A DNA stretch of 64,000 nucleotides from NCBI RefSeq assembly GCF_009914755.1, contig NC_060925.1; one strand, given 5' to 3'. The notes beneath the pieces are model-generated. The model searched no databases, was not told where the DNA came from, and was given only the letters and a program-made list of their open reading frames with translations. The translations under genes and the position numbers were made by a program. Source of the DNA: the human T2T-CHM13v2.0 reference genome, Homo sapiens. Below, piece after piece: positions 50,533-64,000 of this stretch (the first letter of the stretch is position 1; each line of letters opens with the position of its first letter).

Positions 50533-50633
50533 TCAATTGATGAGTGATTAATGAAGGAATGAATAATCCAGTGAATTGGTATCAATTGATGAGTGATTAA
50601 TGAAGGAATGAATAATCCAGTGAATTGGTATCA
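50533..50633. repeat. Perfect 49-bp tandem duplication
   Basis: TCAATTGATGAGTGATTAATGAAGGAATGAATAATCCAGTGAATTGGTA x2, then TCA. Confidence 0.95.
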
Positions 50634-50685
50634 GCCTAATTCTTCTCCGGCTTATTAAAATCAAAGGGGGAAATAATATATATTA

Positions 50686-51069
<384 letters not shown>

Positions 51070-52167
51070 CTAGAAATTAGAGATCCAAAAATGAAAGAGA
51101 GAAGTATCTTGCAAGTGACTTGTAGGGCAGTAGTAAGATTGTTTTTAATAAAGCAAAGAAAGAACAGTGCTGAGAAAGCCTTGGGATCATTTGATTATAA
51201 TGCAGAAAATAAAAATGTGCTTTTGCTGTATGTGTTCCCCATTTAGCACAGTGGAAAGAGGGGTCCTAAGTAAGTCAGATCTATTTGGGGTCATTTTACC
51301 TTCAGAGCAGATGTGTTCTTGACACTGCAATTTATAACTTACATGCACATATTAGGAATTTATTTGTTTAGGCCTTCATCTTGTCATTCTTTAGGCTAGT
51401 TCTTAAAGGTGGTACTAGCTGGTCTACCCCCCTCCAAATCTGACTAGGGCTTTAACCACTTATACCTATGTTTATTCTTTGGAACACTTGCTGTGAATCA
51501 GAATATTGTTAGCTAGAAAATAAGATGTTAAGGGCACGGAAAAAAACCCCACAAAATATATTGGCTAAATCCACTCAAAACTGGAGAAAATACTGTGTGA
51601 TCTCTTAGGCTCACTAGCCAAGGATGTTCCTTGGGACTCTCCTCTGCACTGCGGTTATTTACATATATACATTAAACATAAAAATATTTCTGAAATAGTG
51701 TTATAACTAGTCAGCTAAGTAAAGGAACTGCAAAACTATATTCTTATATTTACTGTGAAAGATAATCAGAAAGAATCTGCTTTATTTAGAACTTGACTAG
51801 TCAGTAGTTAAGTATACAGAATGTTCTAGACCTAATGAACTGAATACAGATAAATACAATTTTGTTGTTCTTCATGGAAGAGTGACATTTCAGTAGATCC
51901 CCACTCTGCCAGGGGAAGGAATTGTCAAGGTGACTTATTCTTTTGAGCAAGTTCTGATAGTAATTGGAAACTGGTGAATTAGAATGGTAATTAAAGCCCA
52001 GTGAAAAATGACCTCCTACTGGAAAAACTGGAGGAATACAGAAGGCTAAAAATAGTGAACACTTAATACCAACAGATTTTCTGAAGGAAGACTTCTTAGT
52101 TTCTCTAAATGGGAAATCTTACATTATCCTCTAAAGGAAAAATAAGCAAGTAGTTGAGGAAACTATG

Positions 52168-52472
52168 TTTTTTTTTTTCCCCCTTTTTCTTGAGACAGTC
52201 TCACTCTGTTGCCCAAGCTGAGGGCAGTGGCGTGATCACGGTTCACTGCAGCCTCGACTTCCCAGGCTCAAGCAGTTTTCTTGCCTCAGCCTTACTAGTA
52301 GCTGGGACTACAGGTGCATACTACCAGGCTTGGCTAATTTTTGTTTTTTTTTTTTGTAGAGATGAGGCCACTGTGTTGCCCAGGCTGTTTTCGAACTCGT
52401 GGACTCAGTGATCCACCTACTTTGGTCTCCCAAAGTGTTGGGATTACAAGTGTGAACCACCACACCCAGCCC
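52168..52472 (-). mobile_element. Alu (J-like)
   Basis: Antisense dimer. Confidence 0.9.
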
Positions 52473-54619
52473 AAGTAATGGATTTTTAAGGGCCTCAGTT
52501 GCATAGGAGTTTTTTATTCAGGCTGCAAAATTCCTGTGTTTTATTATATATTCCTTTTTATCTGTATTTTCTATTCACAATTCTCTTGTTTCCATAGACC
52601 GCCTTTTTCACATATATCCATATATTTATACATTTTGTTGTAAACTCTAGTCTATAGGTATTTTTAATTCACATTGTATATTACATTCTGGAATGTACAA
52701 GGAACTAACACAAATCAATAAGAAAACAAATTAGCTTTAGACATTGAAGAATCTCCCCCAACCCATCGTCTATTATTTTTGTCTATGGTGACTTTCGTTT
52801 AACAGAAATCCTTGGTTTTTATGTAATCAAATTCATTGTGTTTTTTTTTTTTAAATTAAGAGGTTGGTCTTTTTGAGTCTTAAGAAGTTCCTTTTCATTC
52901 GAAGTCATAAAGTTCTTCCCAATAAATTATACAATAAGTTTGTCAGGTTTCTGAAAAACCAAAGCAGATGTTTTTAAACAGCTTTTGATCTCTTGCCTAT
53001 ACGGTGGCTCAACAAACAAGATGCCAGAATTTGCATGTGTGGGGCTGGGTTGTTTTGTGGTAAATAGTGAACTGTCTTAAAGTCCAAAAACAAAGCTTAT
53101 TATTTCTGGATTGAAAAGGGAATACAGTAAGGGCCCCATGGAAAAGTACTAAGACTTTTTATGAAAATGAGGGGTGGAGGCACTCTGAGTGGTTAGATTT
53201 GCTCAACTTGTGTGCACTCGCTCAGTGGAGGAGATAGGAAGAAGGACATGTAAATAATAGGATATTGATTGATATTGATTAATCATTTTGCCGATGCCAA
53301 AGGACATACTTCACTGTCTGTGGAAAAGATTGCCTTTTTCTCCCTAGGAAGTTTGAATACCTTTTAAATATGAAATTTCATGTGCATGACCTATTTCCCC
53401 ACTGCCACACCTCATGCTCACACTAGGCTTATGATTCAGTCACCCACTTAAGTTCACGTGATGTCATTTCAGGGAGAATTGCAGCTACATCCTTTTGAGA
53501 AGAAAGCGATTCAGCTGGGCATGTAGGTTAGAGTCTTTAGTTCTTAGTCTTCTCATTCCTCCTGTGAAATTATCTACATTTAACAGCTTTCACTGAGTAT
53601 TTTCTTCTTTCACTCGACTGTTAGAAGACATTTCCCAACCTGCAAATATGCCATTCCTGCCCCAACATGACCAACTGAGAGCTTCAGGCTTTACATGATT
53701 TTTCACAGCCCACTGAGCTTTGTAATATATAGAACACAATCTTTAGAGCTTCAGTCCTTGCTGTGCTATAATACCAACATAATAAGAGTAGCTAATATTT
53801 ATCAGATGTTTACTATACATCAAACACCAATGTCTCATTTCATGACTTGTGTGACTTAAGAGGTCCAGTTCTTAACACATGGTCTCATTTTAGTATCACA
53901 GTTCTGATGATGAAGGCAGGGCTGATGTTTCCTCATCTTGCTGAAGCATGGAGAGGACTTGTCTAAAATCCCATAGCTACTAAGGGGAGCTGGGGCTAAA
54001 ACCCAGATTTCTTGGGTTTTCACACCCTGCTACTATTAGCTTAAGCCTATCAAATTCTGAGTGCTTATTGGCTGATAGGATAGTCACATCATGGAGTGCC
54101 TAAATTAACACTACATGTGAATTTACCGTGTCGACTATAGCTTGAAATGGCGCCCACTGCCTGATGCCTACCAGTCTTTCTATTATACATGCTTCATTAA
54201 GCCCTACCTTTTCTCCACATTTCCCAAGAAGTGATTTTCTTTGGTTCTTGAAGTACTTTTGTACAGATCATTGGAGCTTAACTTCGTTCCTTTATCAGGA
54301 AGTGTTTTATCTCACCTGCAAGTTCAGTAAACACAATTAGCAAGTGAGGTGGCTTTGGAAAGGAATAGTACACCCTGAAAGAAACATAGTGCCCAGAAAC
54401 TAGATATTGGATATTGCAAATTTTTCTTTTAGGTTACTAGAGCCACCTTCCTGAAGCCCACTTGGAGAAAGTCACTCAAAATAGTTCTGTGACCACCATT
54501 TAGCCCCAGTTCTCATATTGTATACTTGAGACTCTGGACAGTAAGACGAGGCAGGGTTGTAAGTTTGCACCCAATACCAGCTTACAAATATTCTTACATT
54601 ACTGGTTTGGGTTTTAAAT

Positions 54620-55900
54620 TATCTTTGCCTCTTCTTTCTCATCTTCCCTCACTTTTTTGTCATTTCAATTAAAGAAATATTTGCCAAGTACTGACCTTAG
54701 TGTTGCTAGGCATGAGTTCCAAGGAGCTCAGATAGCTTAGAACCAGCCCCATTTGACTTGAGCTTTTCTCGCCTCTTAGCACAGAAGGAATGGGTTGGCG
54801 TCATTATGGTTTGTTTTGAGTAACATGTATTCAGTCTGATATGCTATAGGGAGTTGTTGAAGGTGTTTGAGCAGGGGAAGCAACTGGTTTAAAATTGTTG
54901 TATAGGAAGATAAATCTGGTAGTGGTGCACAGGATGGATTAGAACACAGGGCGACTGGGTATGGTGGTGATCTCTTACCTTTGTAGGACACTTGATAGTT
55001 TACAAGGCACTTCCATAGATGTATGATCTCATTTGCATGGATGCAAACTAGAGCTCAGAGAGGATTGGTGATAGCTGGCCTGTGTAGTAAGGGGTTGAAG
55101 AAAGGGGTTGTCACAGGGCGAGGAAGGTGGGACCATTGTGCATGGCATTTTAGAGGCCAAATCTATAAGGCTTGGGATCTAAGTAGATGTTGGTTATCAG
55201 GGAGAATAAGGAGTCAGATAATACTGAGATTTTATGGTTAGTCTTCTGGGAAGGGTGTTGCCATTTACAGAAATCAGGAGATGAGACAGAGAATATATGC
55301 AAGTTTGGTTTTGAATATTAGATTGAGGGGCAGGTGGGTAGTTGAGGTAGCCATATCCAGTGGACAGTTTAAAAGCTGGGTCTAAGATTGGGGCCAGGTG
55401 TTTTTGATATTTAGAAGGTCATTGGTGACTTTAGAAAGTAATTTCAGGAGAGTGGTGGAGGAGGAAGCCATGTCAGAAGGATAAGAAATCGGTGGTTGCT
55501 GAGGTGGAACTGTGGGAGTGGGAAGGGCTAGATGAGGGAGCAGTGGGAGGTGTTGGTCATCATGCGCTTTTCCTTAGGTACAGAAAGAAGGGAAATAGAG
55601 TGAGCCAGACTGCAAGAGGATTTTGAGGTGGAGAGGGTGTGAGTTTGAGGAGCCTCCAACAGAAAACTTCTTTGTACGGGATTAGGTGAAATCACTTGTG
55701 GAGTGAGGAGGAAAAGGATTTGGTGCTAAAAAAAAAAGTAGAAATTGGGACAGTAGATGTTGGAAGTATTGAGGGAGGTCAAGAAAAGGTGAACCAAAGG
55801 AGGCTGAACGTTGCAAGTTTTCAGTGACTCCAGTCAGCATAGTTTTGTGGCTTTCCAGTAGGTCGTAGAAACCAGAAAGCAGGATTAGAAGGAGTAAGCA
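54620..55900. mobile_element. Degenerate L2/MIR fragments
   Basis: gaaggtgtttgagcagggg, ggtcattggtgactttagaaagtaatttcagg-type L2 motifs. Confidence 0.55.
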
Positions 55901-56451
55901 TTGGGCCCTTTTCTGGACTGGGAATTAGAAGTCAAGGAGCATGGGGAGAGTTGAGAAGTTCAAGGGTGTTAGCCAGTTATTATTTCATAGTTGGGCAGAG
56001 GTGAGTAAAACTCTGTTTGCAGGCCATTATTAGTTCTGGCAATAGGTGAGGGAGAAGGTCAAAGCTAATATTTTAAAGAATAGTTTGGAATTATTGATGG
56101 TTTTCAATTATCTCTGCTAAATCATTTTATTTAGGGAGTATCTGCACAGAATTAACAAGGAAAGAGAGCAAAGTCTTGTATCACTGGCCCATTATTGCCT
56201 GTTTTCCTCATCTGTAAAACAGGAGTAGTGTAGCCTACCTTCACCTTGGTTTCGTGCTTCACCAGGAATTTTGTGCTGTGTGCAATCTTGTATTAGGCAT
56301 TGTCACGACTTAATGACCTTTTTGGGCAGCGTTTTCCTATATAGAGTTATGAGTGCATCTTTTATAAACTCCATTTACTCCTTATTGGAGATTATTATAA
56401 ATTTCTCTAAAGCTCCTCCCTCACACATCTTTTTCACCTTTCATTCTTTGA

Positions 56452-56787
<336 letters not shown>

Positions 56788-57032
56788 TAAAGAATAAAGA
56801 GGCAATTTATTCAGAAAGCAGGTTTTGGACATCAAATAAAAGTTATGTACTGTGTTAAGCACTCAGGATAAGGGAATGAGGTAGGTAGGTTTTCTGCCCT
56901 TGAGGCATGTAAACTCTAGTGAAAAACTATGAGAATCTGGACAAATAAGGGTTTTCACACTAGTGAGTGTGAGAAAACTATCTTATTTAAGTTACTGCAA
57001 CAGCCCTGATGAAGAAATGCTTAAAGGTGGTT

Positions 57033-57430
57033 GGTATCTTAGCTTTGGCTGCTGTATTACCTGTTACCATAGACTGGGTTATACAAGCACACATTTATTT
57101 CTCACAGTTCTGGAAGCTGGAAGTCCACAGTCAAAGTGCCAGCAGATCCTGTGTCTGGTGAGGGCCCTCTTGTTTATAGATAGCTGTCTTTGTATCTACA
57201 TGACGGAGAGCAGAGAGAGAACAAAAAACTCTCATATTTGTGCTTATAAGGGCACTGCTGTGTTCTCAATGTTTGTGTCCCCATGAGATTCATATGTAAA
57301 ATCCTAATGCCTAGTGTGATGGTATTAGGAGGTGCCCTTATAAAAGAGGCTCAAGGGCGCTTATTCACCCCTTCCACCATGTGAAGATACAGTGAGAAGA
57401 TGCTGTCTATGAACTAGAAAGCTGGCGCTC
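57033..57430. mobile_element. MaLR (MLT1A-like) LTR fragments
   Basis: tttatttctcacagttctggaagctggaagtcc; ccttccaccatgtgaagatacag. Confidence 0.65.
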
Positions 57431-58539
57431 ACCCATTATAAAATTCTAAGATACAATTATCATTCATGTATTTTGTATTTTAGTCTAGTTTTCTATACTT
57501 GGAGTTTAAAAAATTAAATTGGGATTACATTGCTTCGTACTGTCTTATAATTTGCATTTTTTACTTATATACCATGAGTATTAAATATTCTGGAACATGG
57601 TTTTAATAACTTCATAATCTATTCCATGTATATATCATCATTTATTTAACTAATCTCCTTATTCCTAGGCATTAAGTTTATTTTCAGTTTTTCTTGTTCT
57701 TTTAAAAAAAACTTAAATTAGTTCTTATAAAACAAATCTCGTAGATAATACATTCCCATTTGACCATACTCTAAATTGCTATTTTTTCCCCAGAGATAAC
57801 CACTGATATTAGTTGGTGTGTGTCGTCCCAGATTCCTTTGTTAGGCATTTTCATATATGTGTATGTGTGTATACGTGAGTGAATATATATATGTAGAAAA
57901 CTCATAGTACTCTGTGTATGTTTTTTTAATTTAATGGTGTCATGCTTTACGTATCATTCTATTTTTTTTTTTACTTAACAATACTTTGCAGAATCTTTCC
58001 ATGTCAGTATTTGTAGATATACACAGTTTTTTTGCTGTCACATGGCATGTAATAAAGTGGATATATTTTAGTTTATTTAGCTGTTTCCCTATGGGTAGAT
58101 ATTTCGGATGTTTGTTATTGTTACTATAAATGTGCGTATCTTGGTTTTTATCTCCCAGTGCTTCTGCAACCATTGTCCATCGACTTAAGAGGGGTTGGGT
58201 TTATTCAGTATTGGAAAATCAAGGGGGTCAAGGGATTCCAGGTTGCTAGTCAGATTGAGGTTGAGATGATCCAAGGAGTGGAGCCAGGGAGACGAGTTTC
58301 GAAGAGAGCACAAAGGAGCATCAAGATCTTCAGGGTTTCAGTAGGGATGTGATGCTTGTTCAGAGAGACTAGGAGATGTAGACTGAACAATTGTGGTCAG
58401 AGGTTGAGATCTCTGAGATGGTATACTTCTCGGTGGGCATCAGGTTCTGCCAAAGCAGGAAGAAGATAAGGGAACAGAACTACCATTTGTTGAGTGCCCA
58501 TTGTGTGCCAGACATTTGATGCATTATCTTTTTGGTGTT

Positions 58540-58886
<347 letters not shown>

Positions 58887-59171
58887 TAGGGTTATAATAT
58901 ATTTGAATGAAGAGACTGAGACTCAGAGAGTTTAAGGGACTTGATTAAGTTCTTATAACCTTAGCATGTTAACATTGTCTGAATTCAAGTTTCGTGTTTA
59001 TTTATTCATACCACGTGCCTTTCTGTGAAATCCTTACACCTTTTTGCATCTCTACCTTCTAATGCAGTGCCTTACTCTTAGTAAATGGTCAAAAGGTAGC
59101 TGCTGATAATGGTGGTAATGAAAGGGCATGTTTATTCTGGGGGCACAAGAAACTCTAAAGCTCATAATTGA

Positions 59172-59345
<174 letters not shown>

Positions 59346-59614
59346 TAGTGAGTAAAGCACTGGAAGCTGCAGAGTCAAGCTAATGCCTAGTTATCTGTTG
59401 TTTATGATGAGACAGGGAAAATGGTGTGAATCCTTCCAGCTTGTGAACACAGTGGCCCATTCATTTTCCAACTGGCTTCTTTTATGGGCAAGTAATAATC
59501 AAATATAAATGATACTTAATTATGCAGTAGCTGTTGATAAAGGCATAATCATTGGCCGTATGCACACAGTATTGTGAGGCCTTTTTAAGTATTAGATGGC
59601 AGCCTTGGTTTCTT

Positions 59615-60630
<1,016 letters not shown>

Positions 60631-60814
60631 ACTATTGGCAGATTTGATTTCCTTTTAATCGACATGATGCTTCCATATTTAAATTTTATAAAACCTTGAT
60701 GATAGAAATATATGGTAGATGCTAATGTCCCCATTTTTGTTTGGCATGTTTCCAGACACATTACTCTGTTTTCAGGTAAGCAGTGTTTTCCAGTTACTTT
60801 TGTGTCATTTTAGA

Positions 60815-61035
60815 GCAGAAGTTGGCCAACGTTTTTTAATAAAGGGTCAGATAGTACATATTTCGGCTTTGTTAGCTACAGACAGTCTTTTGCAACTGCT
60901 CAACTCCATCATGTAGTGTGGAAGCAGCTATAGACATTATATAAATAAATGGACTTACTTTATCCCAGTAAAACTATTTACAAAAACAGGCGGTGGACCC
61001 AACTTGCCCTATGAGCCAGAGTTTGCCAGTACCTA
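60815..61035 (+). mobile_element. MER58A-like hAT MITE
   Basis: taaagggtcagatagtacatatttcggctttg...aaaactatttacaaaaacaggc...gtttgcc. Confidence 0.75.
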
Positions 61036-61752
61036 TTTAGGATATTCTGGTTGTTAAATTCCTGGATGTGGTTATTCAAGACACATAGGATCTTAGGAAT
61101 TCAAAGGAACTTGAAAATCACAAGTCTAGTTTCTCCTGACTTGGTCTGTGGAAGAGCTTCTGGAGGGCCGTGAACCTCCTTAAATCATAGGCAACACTAT
61201 GTGTGTATGTGCATATTTGCTTTTTATTTCCTGGTAAGAGGGTTCATAGTCCTTTATCAAATTCTCAGGTGGTTAATAATATGCAAAAAGTTCAGAATTA
61301 CTGATCCCAACTGTTGTACATGAATCAAGGCCTGGAAAAGTTGCTGTGGGAACTGCCTGGCCAGGCAGTGACAGACTAGTGCTTGAACCTGCGTGTTTTG
61401 CCTCTTAAGCCTATGCTCTTTCCATTGCTTTATTTTTTTCTTAATTCTCAGAATATTTAACTACGTAAGTTATTCTCTGACATGCTAGATGTCTAGGGAT
61501 TGCCCTTTTTACTGGCTAGCTCATGGTTTGGGAGGAGAACCTAAAAGCAGTTCCCAAGGACTCTTGTCTTTCCTTGCTGCCTTTCAAGTCTGGAGCTGAT
61601 ATGCCTGCTTGGCTAAGATTTCACTCAGACCTCAGATTAATTCACTCTACATTTTGTTACTGAAGAAAACTGAGTATTAGATGGTCATGAATCCATTATT
61701 TATTGTGCGGAGGAAAAGAAGGACAAGCTAACGTTTGTGGTTGATACGTTAG

Positions 61753-61863
<111 letters not shown>

Positions 61864-63520
61864 TGATACTGTCAGCTATAATGTGCTGTCCTTATTGCAG
61901 TTTTTCCTTATGTGGCCTTTGGCTTACGAGTAACGCTGCAGAGACTGTATTTTACATGTTTGTAGATTACTTCTCTGCAGTTTCATAATCAAGCACTCAA
62001 CATCTTTGAATTGATGCCAACTCTGTGGTCCTTGGGCTCGGAATTTGCTCTTTCACCCTGGGTTAGCCTGACTTTGTAGCTAGGCCCCTGACTTCCTTGT
62101 GTATTTAGAGCTGAAATAATTTATGTCTCTTTGGAAGCACATCATCATGTCATTAAAAGTAACAGCTGGCTGTTTTGATGATCTTGGCTGTTATTAGGAT
62201 AATTGATCTCATTTTTTTAAAGCCACCCTCATTCCCATGATTGGCTGATATAGGTAAAGATATTGCCTTTCAAGCATTTTCCCTTTATACTATTGATGTC
62301 CTTGAAGGCTCTGTGAAGCACACAAAAAAGTGTGGCATTAGATTCAGTCTTGCTTGGACTTGAAAAGTGGCTCCTGAAATAACTAGCCTCCTGGCTGGAT
62401 GCCATCAGAACACTTGGGCACCAGCTGGTAGGAGGCTTTGAGGGAGGGAAAGGAATATAAGAAATATATGTAGCCCCTTAAGACTTGGAAACGTGAAGTT
62501 ATTGCCAACAGGAAAGCAGAATTGCTGTGAAGTTATACACAGCATACTAATGAAGACCAAAGCAGGAACTCTGTTTCTAAGAGATAATGTTTAAATTCAT
62601 GGAAATGCATAGACTATTACTCCAACAGAGTCACAGGTCAGAGGACACTGAACCAGCTAAAGCAGGGAGAGAGAAGGACATTTTTCTTATACCCACGTTA
62701 TTGGTTAGCTTTGGGGATGCAAAAGAATATTTGGGCCTGTAACCTGTTCAAAAGCTGGTTTATCAATTAGCTGATAGTCCTCTCCAGTTAAATTACAAAG
62801 CATAGCCCAGGTTATTGAGTGGCTAAAGTCATCAAAGGTAATGAGCAGTACAACCCTGGCTTCTTTAGGAATGAACACAACTTGCTACACCATTTTTAGA
62901 AGCACCTGGACTTCAGGGCAGAGGAAAAGTTATTAAAGAAAGATTTGCTCTGCTTCATACTTCAATTTCAGGCTTTATAATTGTTAATCCTGATTTAGTA
63001 TTTCCTTCTAGTGAAGGGCCTGCAATATGGTACTAGAGAGCATTTCAAGTTAAATGCTACTGTAAGGTGATTTTGCAGAACTTACGTTAAGTTCAAAACC
63101 TTCAGGGCTTCATAAAAATAGGAAGAGAGGGAATTTGTCCAAACACAGCTGTGGTGATAGAAAAGGATTACTTACTGAAATGTTTTAGTTAGTTGTGTGA
63201 GAATTGAGAGTTGTGGGGACTGGTTTCGTGATGATATGTGTATATCTCCTATATGGCATAATTTCCTTAGTGGGATCTGGGGCAGCCCCATGATCAAATA
63301 TATGTAAGCAGAATCTATGAATCATCTAAGTTGGATAAAGACTATAAATAGTCTCTCGTTAGTTTAGGAGAGGTCAAGTTTTATTGTCAAACTGAGAAAA
63401 AAGTTTGGGCTTTTAGAGCTTTTTGGATTTCAGAGTTGTGGACAAAAGATTATAGACCTGTGTTCCAGAAAAAAATCTTATTGGCTATTCATTCACGACA
63501 AAAAATGTTCAGCCACTTAG

Positions 63521-63700
<180 letters not shown>

Positions 63701-64000
63701 TAAGCTATAAATCTGTAAAATGGAATCAATAACAGGATCTACCTTAGAGTTACTGTGATTTAATCCATGTAAAACGTGTACAGCAGTGCCTGGAATATAG
63801 TAGACATCTAAATAGAAAGTTAGCTATGATGATTATTATTATTTGAACTTGCTTTCAAATATATATGGTGGTGTGTTAATGCTGCTTTGTCAGCTGTGGA
63901 AATAAAACCAACTAAAATAAAGCTGTAAACTCAGAAGTTGAACAAATTTGGATACTAGGTTTGTGGTCTATTATAAAATAGCACACAATATCCTCATTTA

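Overview
This is mammalian genomic DNA, not prokaryotic, and it matches the human ACTN2-MTR locus (chr1q43, recognised from the protein sequences). The + strand carries the last nine coding exons and 3'UTR of ACTN2 (alpha-actinin-2, about 1.6-17.7 kb). About 30 kb of repeat-rich intergenic DNA follows (Alu, old L1, MaLR and ERV1 LTRs, Tigger2a), then the CpG-island promoter and coding exons 1-5 of MTR (cobalamin-dependent methionine synthase, 48.3-63.6 kb). All exons were read by hand, have GT-AG ends and keep frame. Almost all entries in the supplied ORF track are Alu, LTR or L1 noise. I see no clearly new multi-gene system. The best candidate for undescribed biology is an in-frame, Arg/Leu-rich, mitochondrial-presequence-like extension upstream of the MTR AUG, reachable only from near-cognate CUG/GUG codons. 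Other notable observations are a recursive-splice-like or microexon site in MTR intron 3, a ZNF143/THAP11-type motif in the MTR promoter, a probable L1 3' transduction, a 49-bp VNTR, a muscle-enhancer-like motif cluster and a possible vestige of the ancestral mutually exclusive EF-hand exon pair in ACTN2. Repeat subfamily names come from remembered consensus sequences, and repeat boundaries are approximate.
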